A stretch of DNA of 64,000 nucleotides from positions 1 through 64,000 of the forward strand of contig JAUCBJ010001356.1 in assembly GCA_032718475.1 (NCBI GenBank), in the 5' to 3' direction. The notes beneath the pieces are model-generated. The model made no database searches. It saw nothing but the letters and a program-made list of their open reading frames with translations, and had not been told where the DNA came from. The stretch comes from Nemertoderma westbladi (Eukaryota > Animalia > Xenacoelomorpha). Position numbers and translations under genes: made by a program. The first letter of the stretch is position 1. Every line of letters starts with the position of its first letter. Positions 12,601-27,600 of this stretch are shown piece by piece.

Positions 12601-15600
12601 TGGACTGTCGAAGAATTTAATAAAAGGTCGGTTAGATATGAGCTTTGGTCGTTCTGATGTACTGTATACTGTATATGTAATTATATTAATACATATATTT
12701 ATTGGACGTGTGTTCCAACCTACCTATCGTTATTGGACGTGTGTTCCCACCTACCTATCGTTATTGGACGTGTGTTCCCACCTACCTATCGTTATTGGAC
12801 GTGTGTTCCCACCTACCTATCGTTATTGGACGTGTGTTCCCACCTACCTATCGTTATTGGACGTGTGTTCCCTGAGGTTGGTGAGGAGGACAGCCATGTT
12901 GAACCCGATATCTCTGGCCGGCTCGTGGAATCTCTCCACGAATTCGAAGTAATCTATCTTCCCATCCTGATTAGTATCGGCGCACTTCAGAATGTAATCG
13001 ATTTCCTCGCTAAACAAAACAAGATATTACAACGTTAGACGGTGTCTTAGGTTACTTACTCAGTGTCTTAGACTGTATCTTAGGTTACTTACTCAGTGTC
13101 TTAGGTTACTTACACAGTGTCTTAGACGGTATCTTATATTACTTACTCAGTGTCTTAGAATGTGTCATAGGTTACTTACTCAGTGTCTTAGACGGTGTCT
13201 TAGGTTACTTACTCAGTGTCTTAGACGGTGTCTTAGGTTAATTACTCAGTGTCTTAGACTGTATCTTCGGTTACTTACTCAGTGTCTTAGACGGTATCTT
13301 ATATTACTTACTCAGTGTCTTAGACGGTGTCTTGGGTTACTTACTCAGTTGGTCTGAGACGGTGTCTTAGGTTACTTACTCAGTGTCTTAGACGGTGTCT
13401 TAGGTTACTTACACAGTGTCTTAGACGGTATCTTATATTACTTACTCAGTGTCTTAGAATGTGTCTTAGGTTACTTACTCAGTGTCTTAGACGGTGTCTT
13501 AGGTTACTTACTCAGTGTCTTAGACGGTGTCTTAGGTTAATTACTCAGTGTCTTAGACTGTATCTTAGGTTACTTACTCAGTGTCTTAGACGGTATCTTA
13601 TATTACTTACTTAGTGTCTTAGACGGTGTCTTAGGTTACTTACTCAGTGTCATAGACGGTATCTTATATTACTTACTCAGTGTCTTAGACGGTGTCTTAG
13701 GTTTTATACTCAGTGTCTTAGACTGTGTCTTAGGTTACTTACCCAGTGTCTTAGACTGTATCTTAGGTTACTTACTCAGTGTCTTAGACTGTGTCTTAGG
13801 TTACTTACTCAGTGTCTTAGACTGTATCTTAGGTTACTTACTCAGTGTCTTAGACGGTATCTTATATTACTTACTCAGTGTCTTAGACGGTGTCTTAGGT
13901 TTTATACTCAGTGTCTTAGACTGTGTCTTAGGTTACTTACCCAGTGTCTTAGACTGTATCTTAGGTTACTTACTCAGTGTCTTAGACGGTATCTTATATT
14001 ACTTACTCAGTGTCTTAGACGGTGTCTTAGGATACTTACTCAGTGTCTTAGACTGTGTCTTAGGTTACTTACTCAGTGTCTTAGACGGTATCTTATATTA
14101 CTTACTCAGTGTCTTATACGGTGTCTTAGGTTACTTACTCAGTGTCTTAGACGGGGTTTAGGTTACTTACTCAGTGTCTTAGACGGTATCTTATATTACT
14201 TACTCAGTGTCTTAGACGGTGTCTTAGGATACTTACTCAGTGTCTTAGACTGTATCTTAGGTTACTTACTCAGTGTCTTAGACGGTATCTTATATTACTT
14301 ACTCAGTGTCTTATACGGTGTCTTAGGTTACTTACTCAGTGTCTTAGACTGTGTCTTAGGTTACTTACTCAGTGTCTTAGACGGTATCTTATATTACTTA
14401 CTCAGTGTCTTAGACGGTGTCTTAGGATACTTACTCAGTGTCTTAGACTGTGTCTTAGGTTACTTACTCAGTGTCTTAGACGGTATCTTATATTACTTAC
14501 TCAGTGTCTTAGACGGTGTCTTAGGATACTTACTCAGTGTCTTAGACGGTATCTTATATTACTTACTTAGTGTCTTAGACGGTGTCTTAGGTTACTTACT
14601 CAGTGTCTTAGACGGTATCTTATATTACTTACTCAGTGTCTTAGACGGTGTCTTAGGTTTTATACTCAGTGTCTTAGACTGTGTCTTAGGTTACTTACCC
14701 AGTGTCTTAGACTGTATCTTAGGTTACTTACTCAGTGTCTTAGACGGTATCTTATATTACTTACTCAGTGTCTTAGACGGTATCTTAGGATACTTACTCA
14801 GTGTCTTAGACTGTGTCTTAGGTTACTTACTCAGTGTCTTAGACGGTATCTTATATTACTTACTCAGTGTCTTAGACGGTGTCTTAGGATACTTACTCAG
14901 TGTCTTAGACTGTATCTTAGGTTACTTACTCAGTGTATGCCTTTTCCTTCTCCATAACCCATTTGAATTCCGCAGGGGTAATGACTCCATCGTGATTTAG
15001 ATCAAACTCTGAAAAAGCCTGCGATGACGTCACGTTCTTGAGTTTGAGAAACATGGTAAAGAAATGCAGGATCAACTCCATATTCTGTGATGACTCATAC
15101 AATGTGTCCAACATCTGACGACCAATGGAGCCGTTAAGGATGTTACCTGTAATTATTGTTTGGTAGTCATTGTCAGTGTGAGAGTTACGTAAAATGATGT
15201 TTCCTTTATAAATGTATTTGCCCATATTTTCAGCTACACAACAAAAATGGGCATTTTTTCATGTAAAACTTATATACCTTGAATATAACGATTTAGCGAA
15301 AAAATATTCGTGTTTATATTATCCTATTTATAATCTTTTATATCTATTAATTATGTCTGTTTTACCTTCCAGGAGACTGAGAAGCATTGTAACCATTTCG
15401 TTCTGCAATTCCATTACTTCCCGCAAGAGTTCCAACTGGCTAACATCGTGGGAAAGTTTTGTCTCCAGGTGGGCAAATACGTGTAAGAATCCAGAAACCT
15501 AAGACAAATAGAGGGCAAATACGTGTAAGAATCCAGAAACCTAAGGCAAATAGAGGGCAGATACGTGTAGGAATCCCGAGACATAAGGCAAAAAGAAGGC

Positions 15601-18600
15601 AAATACGTGTAGAAATTCTGAAACCGAAGGCAAATAGAGGGCAAATACGTGTAGGAATCCCGAAACATAAGGCAATTAGAGGACAAATACGTGTAGGAAT
15701 CCCGAATCCTAAGGCAAATAGAGGGCAAATATGTGTAGGAATCCCGAAACCTAAGGCACATAGAGGGAAAATACGTGTAGGAATCCCGAAACCTAAGGCA
15801 AATAGAGGGCAAATATGTGTAGGAATCCCGAAACCTAAGGCAAATAGAGGGCAAATATGTGTAGGAATCCCGAAACCTAAGGCACATAGAGGGAAAATAC
15901 GTGTAGGAATCCCGAAACCTAAGGCAAATAGAGGGCATATACGTGTAAGAATCCCGAAACCTAAGGCAAATAGAGGGCAAATACGTGTAGGAATCCCGAA
16001 ACCTAAGGCAAATAGAGGGCAAATACGTGTAGGAATCCCGAAACCTAAGGCAAATAGAGGGCAAATATGTGTAGGAATCTCGAAACCTAAGGCAAATAGA
16101 GGGCAAACACGTGTAGGAATCCCGAAACCTAAGGCAAATAGAGGGCAAATATGTGTAGGAATCCCGACACCTAAGGCAAATAGAGGGCAAATACGTGTAG
16201 AAATCCCGAAACCTAAGGCAAATAGAGGGCAAATACGTGTAAGAATCCAGAAACCTAAGGCAAATAGAGGGCAAATACGTGTAGGAATCCCGAGACATAA
16301 CGCAAAAAGAAGGCAAATACGTGTAGAAATTCTGAAACCTAAGGCAAATAGAGGGCAAATACGTGTAGGAATCCCGAGACATAAGGCAAATAGAGGGCAA
16401 ATACGTGTAGGAATCCCGAAACCTAAGGCAAATAGAGGGCAAATACGTGTAGGAATCCCGAGGCCTAAGGCAAATAGAGGGCGAATACGTGTAAGAATCC
16501 CGACACCTAAGGCAAATAGAGGGCAAATACGTGTAGGAATCCCGAGGCCTAACGCAAATAGAGGGCAAATACGTGAAGGGTCCCCAGACCTAAGGCAAAT
16601 ACCGAAAATCTATAATTGGGTAAATTACCAATTACGAATATTATCTGGATTGGGTTAGAACTACGATGGACTGAGGTTGTTGATACCGATGTAACAAAAG
16701 TCTCCGCGGATTCCATATTCGATCTAAATTGATACGATATATATAATTAATTGATTCATTTATTGGTTTAGCTACATTATCTGGAATCACGAACCACGGC
16801 TAACAAAGCATCAACCGAGCTTAATAAATACAACATTTACACCATTAATACGAAAATCAGTAAGTAAGTACATAATAATTTCTTACCGCATCCCACAGAC
16901 GACTTCCAGCTAAGGCTATCTGGTTACCCAAACAAGGCCCTTGGATATATTCAGTAAGAGACGCAAACACTTGTTTGCCAATTGCGATCACTTTGATAAA
17001 CGCCTGTCTACCCTGAAAAAAAACAATACAGTAACTTATAAAGACTGGCATAATGAGCTAATTAATAGTAATATTATCCATATAATTTTAATACTCTGAT
17101 ATTCTTCATGTTATTCTAAATTTCAGATTAAAAATAAAGTTAAAGTAAAGTTGTCTTCGGCCGTTAGGCCAGGGATTACGCACTAAGTCTTACGATTTAT
17201 AACAGACAGACAGGAACCTCACGAGAACCTGACAAACGTTCTGGAGATATAATTTTATTTAATGAATCGCGGATGGAAGTGACATAAAAGCACAGGTACT
17301 GTATAAAATTAATTAAAATAAATAAGTAGAATTTACGATAATTACATATATAAATTAAAATATACTAGTTTAAAAAATTAGATAAAAAGGAAGCAACTCT
17401 TATTCCTTATTCTCGGCCCATGGAGAGATCTGATCTGGAGTTATAAGAATAACACAAGAAGACAAAGAAATAAATTTATATATGTAAAGGATATAAATAT
17501 ATAATTAATAATTAATAATGTTGGTGGTAAGTAATAAGTGGACATGATGACTATATTTAAAAAATAAAATTAATAATTTACAAACATAATTGGATGTTTT
17601 GAGAGTCACATAAACTTACTTTGGCGTCGACTACATCACGACTGGAGTAGTGCCAGTAGAAATCGCTGACGGACTCCTGGAGTCTCAGAAGATAATCAAC
17701 CGTCGCGTTGACCAGATTAACCGAGGTTGTGTTCATCTCCTGGGCCCGCAGGTAGTTCTGCCAGTCTGCGTTGTGGCCCTCGCACAGCAGTTGTAGGAAC
17801 CGCAGAATCGAGATGGTAAATTCCGAGTCGTGAAGGACAGTGCCGCCGGACCCGTTATCCGTAGAAGTCATACCTAACCCTAATCCAATACAAAAGATTT
17901 AGTGTAGCTTACAGTAGATGGAGTAGAACATTTCAGTTTTTAATTTAAATTTCATAAGGTAAACACTTTTCCTAGTTTATAGATCTAAATTTAAAATAAT
18001 AAATATTGTGTCGACAAATAATCTCGTAAACAACATTATTTAACGAAAATCATATTGAAACAGTAAGAAGACCCGTGCTCCACAGGAAAGCCATAAGTCG
18101 TAAGTTACAAAAGATAAATTATGTCCCATGTTCTATCTTTTCACTTCGACTAATGGCATGATGGCCCTACTACTGTAGAGGCCTGTGATTGGTTACTTTA
18201 GGTATAAATGTGTATTAAATGTGAGACTACTATAATATTCGCGTTATTAATATCCCAGTAGTGGGCACGGCCTTAACGTAGGCTGAAAGACGCCCGATTA
18301 CCAAAATGCAAGTAAATATAGTAGACTGCAGTTATTACAATCTTCTCACAAACCATTTTATAGGATTGTTTGGGACTAACCTTCAGCTTTATTACACCGC
18401 TCGAACGCATCCAAGTTCAACACACTGCAGGACTTTAGCAAGCCGACGATAGAAGTAAAAAATTCAACGTCCTTCGTTTCCTGCAGATACGCCAACATTG
18501 CCTAAACAAAATCATTAAAATGTGATGCGATAAAATCTAAAACTACAGTTAATAGTTGTTGCGATCTTCCAATTTCGTAAATCGATCAAAATATTGAATA

Positions 18601-21600
18601 ATTATTTTGTGCACGGTGTGTGTAAAGTAAGTAAATAAAGTAATATGTAGACTTTATCGGATTCCAGTTCAATTAAGTTACTTTACTAGAAGCGACGATG
18701 GTAAAGGGTACCGGTACTACTAAACTATAATTAGAGTGACATCTTTGCATGACGTCATTTGTGTTGCTGTTCTCACCATAGATAATCATGTATATTTGTT
18801 GATCTGTATGTCTGACTGTATGTCTGTGTGGTATGTATATTTGTCTGTCTTACCAAACCTCAGATACCCAACAACATAAACTCAAACCTAAAACACTCGG
18901 TACACAAAACTTATCGTAATTTCACTCACATGTTGGACAACTACATTCCCGCCACACAGTATGGATATACCGAGCTGGAAACTCTCCTCTACCATAGAGC
19001 TGCACTCCCCTCGACAAGCGCTCAACACCATCAGTGTCATCTGCGCCACCCCTCTCTCGGATAGACGGCCCTGTTCCCCTAACAGCTTCTGTTTCTCAAC
19101 CTCTTGTTCCTGATTGGAGGGAATTCAAATGAAATCAAAATTAAAATAAAATACAACGGTACCACCTCTCCCATCATTAAAGAAATATACATTTTAAAAT
19201 AAACAAACATTTAATAAAACTGTAAATAGCTTCCAATTGTTTATTTTACCTCAAATGTTTTCTCTGCTCCATCGTCATCTTCTTCCGCTGAACAACTTTT
19301 AGCCATAATCTTAGTAAAGTTGCAATAGAGAAAGTCGTCACTCATGTCCCTGAAAAAAATGTGTAAAAATAAACTCAATTGAGAAATCTATTACGATAAC
19401 GTTAACAAAAAGCAACTAATCGAACAAGTAAATTATAGGAAGGGATCTAGGGGTCTTAACCTCGAATGATAAGTTTATTTTTCCGAAAATAACTTATCTT
19501 TTATTGGCGCAATTGTAGGACTAATCCCATCACATGCGTACTTTTTAACTGGGTAGAGTACAAATTTAGGAATCGCGTAATTTTTCTTGAAATTAATATC
19601 TCAAATCATAATCTTGTCAACACATTGTTACTATCAATAATCAAAAGGCTAATATGGCAGGGGCAAATAAAATGGCAGCTGGCTTTGAAAATAATACTCC
19701 ATATCTCAAGAACCTGTGGCCTAGTGGGCTTCCATCTCGAGGTCCCAGGTTCGAATCCGACACCACGCTGATGAGACCCAGTAAGGTCGAAACGCGTACG
19801 TGGTTTGGAGAGATATGTGATATTAATTTCAAGAAAAAATTACGCGATTCCTAAATTTGTACAATACCCGGTTAAAAAGTACGCGGGATTAGTCCTACAA
19901 TTGCGCCAATAAAAGATGAGTTATTTTCGGTAAAATAAACTTATCATTCGAGGTTAAGACCCCTAGATCCCTTCCTATAATAATAAATGTATAATAACAA
20001 ATACCTCGAAAAATACAGCTTTCCAACACATTGTTACTATCAAAGTAAATTATGAGATATACAGTAATGGTTCCGATGGCCCTAGTGTGTATAAAGTTGG
20101 TCCTCAAAGGTCGAAGAACGAGAGTTCGAGCCCGACCGCAGCCTAGTTTCCGCAATAAAAGGGCCGGATAGTAAGATTATTCACTATTGGGAGTTAGATT
20201 GGCGCCCTCTCTCTAGCCTTATAGGTAACTGCCAAGAGAGAGTATCCTTCAGTTTATCTCCGGTGTTTCGTGTTTTACTTTCACCATAACTGTAATTTAC
20301 TATTTACTGTAATAAGAAACAAACCTATGATGTTAACATTGATCGTTAAGATAATAAACCGGTTATACGGGAATCGATTAGTTACAATCATCTAATACTC
20401 ACTTCCCTTTTAGCTGCGCCATGCGACGGAAGTACGCCACCAGCTGCTTTAACGGGTCTAACTTCTCAGCTGCGTTTTTTAATTCAGTGTCTTCTACAGA
20501 AGATGTAGAGTCATCAGCTTCGCTAACAACATCGGCCTAAGATACAAACAATAGAATAATTCAATAATATAGCCAATCTAAACAACTTTATTTTCATACC
20601 GACTTAACGACCAACTTACCACAAGGGCCTCCACTAACGACCAACTTACCACAAGGGCCTCCACTAACGACCAACTTACCACAAGGGCCTCCACTAACGA
20701 CCAACTTACCACAAGGGCCTCCACTAACGACCAACTTACCACAAGGGCCTCCACTAACGACCAACTTACCACAAGGGCCTCCACTAACGACCAACTTACC
20801 ACAAGTGCCTCCACTAACGACCAACTTACCACAAGTGCCTCCACTAACGGCCAACTTATCACAACATCTTCCACTAACGACCAACTTACGACAAGGGCCT
20901 CCACTAACGACCAACTTACCACAAGGGCATCCACTAACGACCAACTTACCACAAGTGCCTCCACTAACGACCAACTTACCACAAGGGCCTCCACTAACGA
21001 CCAACTTACCACAAGGGCCTCCACTAACGACCAACTTAAAACAAGGGCCTCCACTAACGACCAACTTACCACAAGGGCCTCCACTAACGACCAACTTACC
21101 ACAAGGGCCTCCACTAACGACCAACTTACCACAAGGGCCTCCAATAACGACCAACTTACCACAAGGGCCTCCAATAACGACCAACTTACCACAAGGGCCT
21201 CCACTAACGACCAACTTACCACAAGGGCCTCCACTAACGACCAACTTACCACAAGTGCCTCCACTAACGACCAACTTACCACAAGTGCCTCCACTAACGG
21301 CCAACTTATCACAACATCTTCCACTAACGACCAACTTACCACAAGGGCCTCCACTAACGACCAACTTACCACAAGGGCCTCCACTAACGACCAAATTACC
21401 ACAAGGGCCTCCACTAACGACCAACTTACCACAAGTGCCTCCACTAACGACCAACTTACCACAAGTGCCTCCACTAACGGCCAACTTATCACAACATCTT
21501 CCACTAACGACCAACTTACCACAAGGGCCTCCACTAACGACCAACTTACCACAAGGGCCTCCACTAACGACCAACTTACCACAAGGGCCTCCACTAACGA

Positions 21601-24600
21601 CCAACTTAAAACAAGGGCCTCCACTAACGACCAACTTACCACAAGGGCCTCCACTAACGACCAACTTACCACAAGGGCCTCCACTAACGACCAACTTACC
21701 ACAAGGGCCTCCACTAACGACCAACTTACCACAAGGGCCTCCACTAACGACCAACTTACCACAAGGGCCTCCACTAACGACCAACTTACCACAAGGGCCT
21801 CCACTAACGACCAACTTACCACAAGGGCCTCCACTAACGACCAACTTACCACAAGGGCCTCCACTAACGACCAACTTACCACAAGGGCCTCCACTAACGA
21901 CCAACTTACCACAAGGGCCTCCACTAACGACCAACTTACCACAAGGGCCTCCACTAACGACCAACTTACCACAAGGGCCTCCACTAACGACCAACTTACC
22001 ACAAGGGCCTCCACTAACGACCAACTTACCACAAAGGCCTCCACTAACGACCAACTTACCACAAGGGCCTCCACTAACGACCAACTTACCACAAGGGCCT
22101 CCACTAACGACCAACGTACCACAAGTGCCTCCACTACCGACCAACTCACCACAAGGGCCTCCACTAACGACCAACTTACCACAAGGGCCTCCACTAACGA
22201 CCAACTTACCACAAGGGCCTCCACTAACGACCAACTTAAAACAAGGGCCTCCACTAACGACCAACTTACCACAAGGGCCTCCACTAACGACCAACTTACC
22301 ACAAGGGCCTCCACTAACGACCAACTTACCACAAGGGCCTCCACTAACGACCAACTTACCACAAGGGCCTCCACTAACGACCAACTTACCACAAGGGCCT
22401 CCACTAACGACCAACTTACCACAAGGGCCTCCACTAACGACCAACTTACCACAAGGGCCTCCACTAACGACCAACTTACCACAAGGGCCTCCACTAACGA
22501 CCAACTTACCACAAGGGCCTCCACTAACGACCAACTTACCACAAGGGCCTCCACTAACGACCAACTTACCACAAGGGCCTCCACTAACGACCAACTTACC
22601 ACAAGGGCCTCCACTAACGACCAACTTACCACAAGTGCCTCCACTAACGACCAACTTACCACAAGGGCCTCCACTAACGACCAACTTACCACAAGGGCCT
22701 CCACTAACGACCAACTTACCACAAGGGCCTCCACTAACGACCAACTTACCACAAGGGCCTCCACTAACGACCAACTTACCACAAGGGCCTCCACTAACGA
22801 CCAACTTACCACAAGGGCCTCCACTAACGACCAACTTACCACAAGGGCCTCCACTAACGACCAACTTACCACAAGGGCCTCCACTAACGACCAACTTACC
22901 ACAAGGGCCTCCACTAACGACCAACTTACCACAAGGGCCTCCACTAACGACCAACTTACCACAAGGGCCTCCACTAACGACCAACTTACCACAAGGGCCT
23001 CCACTAACGACCAACTTACCACAAGGGCCTCCACTAACGACCAACTTACCACAAGGGCCTCCACTAACGACCAACTTACCACAAGGGCCTCCACTAACGA
23101 CCAACTTACCACAAGGGCCTCCACTAACGACCAACTTACCACAAGGGCCTCCACTAACGACCAACTTACCACAAGGGCCTCCACTAACGACCAACTTACC
23201 ACAAGGGCCTCCACTAACGACCAACTTACCACAAGGGCCTCCACTAACGACCAACTTACCACAAGGGCCTCCACTAACGACCAACTTACCACAAGGGCCT
23301 CCACTAACGACCAACTTACCACAAGGGCCTCCACTAACGACCAACTTACCACAAGGGCCTCCACTAACGACCAACTTACCACAAGGGCCTCCACTAACGA
23401 CCAACTTACCACAAGGGCCTCCACTAACGACCAACTTACCACAAGGGCCTCCACTAACGACCAACTTACCACAAGGGCCTCCACTAACGACCAACTTACC
23501 ACAAGGGCCTCCACTAACGACCAACTTACCACAAGGGCCTCCACTAACGACCAACTTACCACAAGGGCCTCCACTAACGACCAACTTACCACAAGGGCCT
23601 CCACTAACGACCAACTTACCACAAGGGCCTCCACTAACGACCAACTTACCACAAGGGCCTCCACTAACGGCCAACTTATCACAACATCTTCCACTAACGA
23701 CCAACTTACCACAAGGGCCTCCACTAACGACCAACTTACCACAAGGGCCTCCACTAACGACCAACTTACCACAAGGGCCTCCACTAACGACCAACTTACC
23801 ACAAGGGCCTCCACTAACGACCAACTTACCACAAGGGCCTCCACTAACGACCAACTTACCACAAGGGCCTCCACTAACGACCAACTTACCACAAGGGCCT
23901 CCACTAACGACCAACTTACCACAAGGGCCTCCACTAACGACCAACTTACCACAAGGGCCTCCACTAACGACCAACTTACCACAAGGGCCTCCACTAACGA
24001 CCAACTTACCACAAGGGCCTCCACTAACGACCAACTTACCACAAGGCCTTCCACTAACGACCAACTTACCACAAGGGCCTCCACTAACGACCAACTTACC
24101 ACAAGGGCCTCCACTAACGACCAACTTACCACAAGGGCCTCCACTAACGACCAACTTACCACAAGGGCCTCCACTAACGACCAACTTACCACAAGGGCCT
24201 CCACTAACGACCAACTTACCACAAGGGCCTCCACTAACGACCAACTTACCACAAGGGCCTCCACTAACGACCAACTTACCACAAGGGCCTCCACTAACGA
24301 CCAACTTACCACAAGGGCCTCCACTAACGACCAACTTACCACAAGGGCCTCCACTAACGACCAACTTACCACAAGGGCCTCCACTAACGACCAACTTACC
24401 ACAAGGGCCTCCACTAACGACCAACTTACCACAAGGGCCTCCACTAACGACCAACTTACCACAAGGGCCTCCACTAACGACCAACTTACCACAAGGGCCT
24501 CCACTAACGACCAACTTACCACAAGGGCCTCCACTAACGACCAACTTACCACAAAGGCCTCCACTAACGACCAACTTACCACAAGGGCCTCCACTGACGA

Positions 24601-27600
24601 CCAACTTACCACAAGGGCCTCCACTAACGACCAACTTACCACAAGGGCCTCCACTAACGACCAACTTACCACAAGGGCCTCCACTAACGACCAACTTACC
24701 ACAAGGGCCTCCACTAACGACCAACTTACCACAAGGGCCTCCACTAACGACCAACTTACCACAAGGGCCTCCACTAACGACCAACTTACCACAAGGGCCT
24801 CCACTAACGACCAACTTACCACAAAGGCCTCCACTAACGACCAACTTACCACAAGGGCCTCCACTGACGACCAACTTACCACAAGGGCCTCCACTAACGA
24901 CCAACTTACCACAAGGGCCTCCACTAACGACCAACTTACCACAAGGGCCTCCACTAACGACCAACTTACCACAAGGGCCTCCACTAACGACCAACTTACC
25001 ACAAGGGCCTCCACTAACGACCAACTTACCACAAGGGCCTCCACTAACGACCAACTTACCACAAGGAACTCCACTAACGACCAACTTACCACAAGGGCCT
25101 CCACTAACGACCAACTTACCACAAGGGCCTCCACTAACGACCAACTTACCACAAGGGCCTCCACTAGCGCGGTCGGTGGCTCTTCGTGTTTAGCGATCCA
25201 TTTATCGGTGTAACATTGAATAAATAGGTTCATCGCTCTGTGTCTGGGGATGTAATAAAGGGGAGTGGAACGGAAGCATTCAACGATCGCCAACTTGCGT
25301 TGTCGGGAAACCAACTTGGATGTGAGTAGCTGAAAGGAGAAGTTATCTAAGAGCGTTAAACAACCTCACTAATAACATGTGAAACGCGGAAATCTGGACA
25401 GTCTCATTTTGGCTAATCAATAATAATATATTAATGGAAGGTAGAGTATGACCTACTATAGGATGGAGGAGTCATTTCCTCCATCGCCAGCCGACAGACA
25501 CCCACCTTGAATGACTACCAAAGCAAAGCAAATTTATTATTGCAAACAAACTAACCTGGGACAGTTTCTTGGGATGGTAGACTAAATATAATGTATGAAC
25601 AATAATAGATGTATCGCGGATATGTTTCTTAGTTTCAGGTAGACTCATACGGGTTGTGAGAGTAGTGGAGGGGGTCTGGGATCGGCTCAGAGTGAAAACA
25701 CCACCGAGAAACGAGGTCTGGGGAGTTGGACTAGTTATCTAGAAAAAACAAAATTAACAATATTATAAGTACGTCGAACAACTGCTACTAAAATAGGTTA
25801 AGGATTAAAAGAGACCATAAAAATAACGTTTTACACATGGCAACAATTTGCATAAACTTGGTCAGCTACAAACAACTTCATATTGAGCAACTTAACTTGT
25901 ACAACTTTGAACTTGACGGTTGCAACTTTTTACACCAACTTGTTTTAGGCGGAGCAATTTGATCAGCAACCAAAGTTGCTAAAAAGTTACTGAAAAAGTT
26001 GCTCAAAAATGTTCTACATGTAAACCCGGCCTCAAGGTTCGATATGAAACTGAAAGTATTTTAACACATAGGCCAATAGTCCGATTGTAGGTTATTCTAT
26101 ATGTGTACAACGTGATAGTTTGCTGGTAAATATGTCGGACCTGCGATGTTAGGCAATCGGCTTCCTTGAGATTGTGTTCCAAGAATTCGGTGACTGAATC
26201 GTGATCTGTGTTACGGAACAGCAGCTGTTTGCAGTGCTGTACCAGTTCCTGACCTCTAGGTGTAAGTAACGCCATTCGTACCGGTACCAAGCGTTTACAT
26301 GCAGCAACCAGCAGACTGTCCCCTCCGAGATCGTCTTTCTTCTTACCTGCAATTGCAATTTTATTAACAATGATTAATTATATTAATTTAATGATATTAA
26401 TTAAAATACAAAATAAACTTATATTCATTTCTTCATATACAAATTTTCTATCAAATTCTCAAGGAAAAAGTAAAAACCTGACATTCTTCACATGATGGGA
26501 GCGAATGGCCAGAATTAATCAGAAACATGGCTTGTTCTTGGGTGTTTTGGTAACAACCGTCGCCTCGCCCTCGTACAACCTTCTCCACGTTCAATCTTCG
26601 CCCGCGAGGAGCCTTCGCCCAATAAGATTTGTGTTAGTAACCATTTTAGTTACCAATTGAGATAAAGGACTAGGTTGCAGAGACGGGTTTTTATAACCAA
26701 AACAATAATTGTTCAGTGGGCGAAGGTAGCTCGTGGGCGAAGATTGCCCGCGGGCGAAGTGTCCGCCGGGCGATAGTTGCTCATTTTGAGGGCGAAGATT
26801 GGATTTGGGCGAAGCTTTCTCGAGGGCGACGTTTGCTGCGTTATTAATTTATTATTATATGTAGATTATTAACCAGATAGAGGGGGGGGGGGACTTTAGA
26901 CGCAATTAAAATGCATCCCTCTCCATATTAATACGCCTAGACGAGTTTGGCGTCCAGTTTCCCCATTTTCTCCCATTAACTCGTGCGGCATCAACTTCGG
27001 TTCGAAGTGGAACTAATTCTAATACAGTAACTATAGCGGCACTCAGCCATTTTTGGTTTAAATTGTTTACTTATTAACCAAACCTTTCGGTTTAGGAGTT
27101 GTAGTTATTTTAACATCGTTTGATTCGTCACTGTGTATCAGCAGTCTAGTTGTATCAATCCCGTTCTGTTTCACAAATATCTTCTCTTCGCGTCGGAAAT
27201 TCTAAATAAAATACAAAAGGTACCAGAATGATTACAGGTAAGGTTGCATAGTAATAGAGTAGGTAGTCCCAAATTTGCAGTGCTGAGATTGTAAATACAT
27301 TTAAACAGCAATTCGGAGCCCATCAAATTATTTTCAACATTCAATTATTTAAAAAATTATATATTATGTTCAAAGATTCCCTGAAACTCTACAATGAATT
27401 CAATTACCTGAGATTTATTCCAGAGAGTAAATATGGTAGAAACATGGGTGAATAAAGTCTCCGTAGAATCTCCTCCTTGTTTCATCCAGCTGACACGATG
27501 TTTGTCGATAAAACGGATCAGCAGCGGGTAAAAACTGTATAAATCTCGAATAGCCAAAGTCATATTCTAGAAACAATATATTACCCATTAAGTATTACGT

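Larger units (their letters stand above)
19433..19980. mobile_element. MITE with ~170-bp TIRs
   Basis: TTATAGGAAGGGATCTAGGGGTCTTAACCTCGAATGATAAG... is inverted at 19815-19980. Confidence 0.85.

Noticed and set aside
15414-16658. 384-aa and 399-aa repeat ORFs
   Set aside because: Translations of the 42-bp acceptor array; neither is in the RyR frame.
17150-17185. Possible hammerhead remnant (TTCGGCCGTTAGGCC)
   Set aside because: Only a stem II-like hairpin; the CTGAnGA core is missing.
20594-25193. 1500-aa collagen- or mucin-like ORFs ([10 protein letters not shown]; [10 protein letters not shown])
   Set aside because: Translations of the 30-bp minisatellite with no unique domains; only the RyR-frame reading is discussed as a finding.
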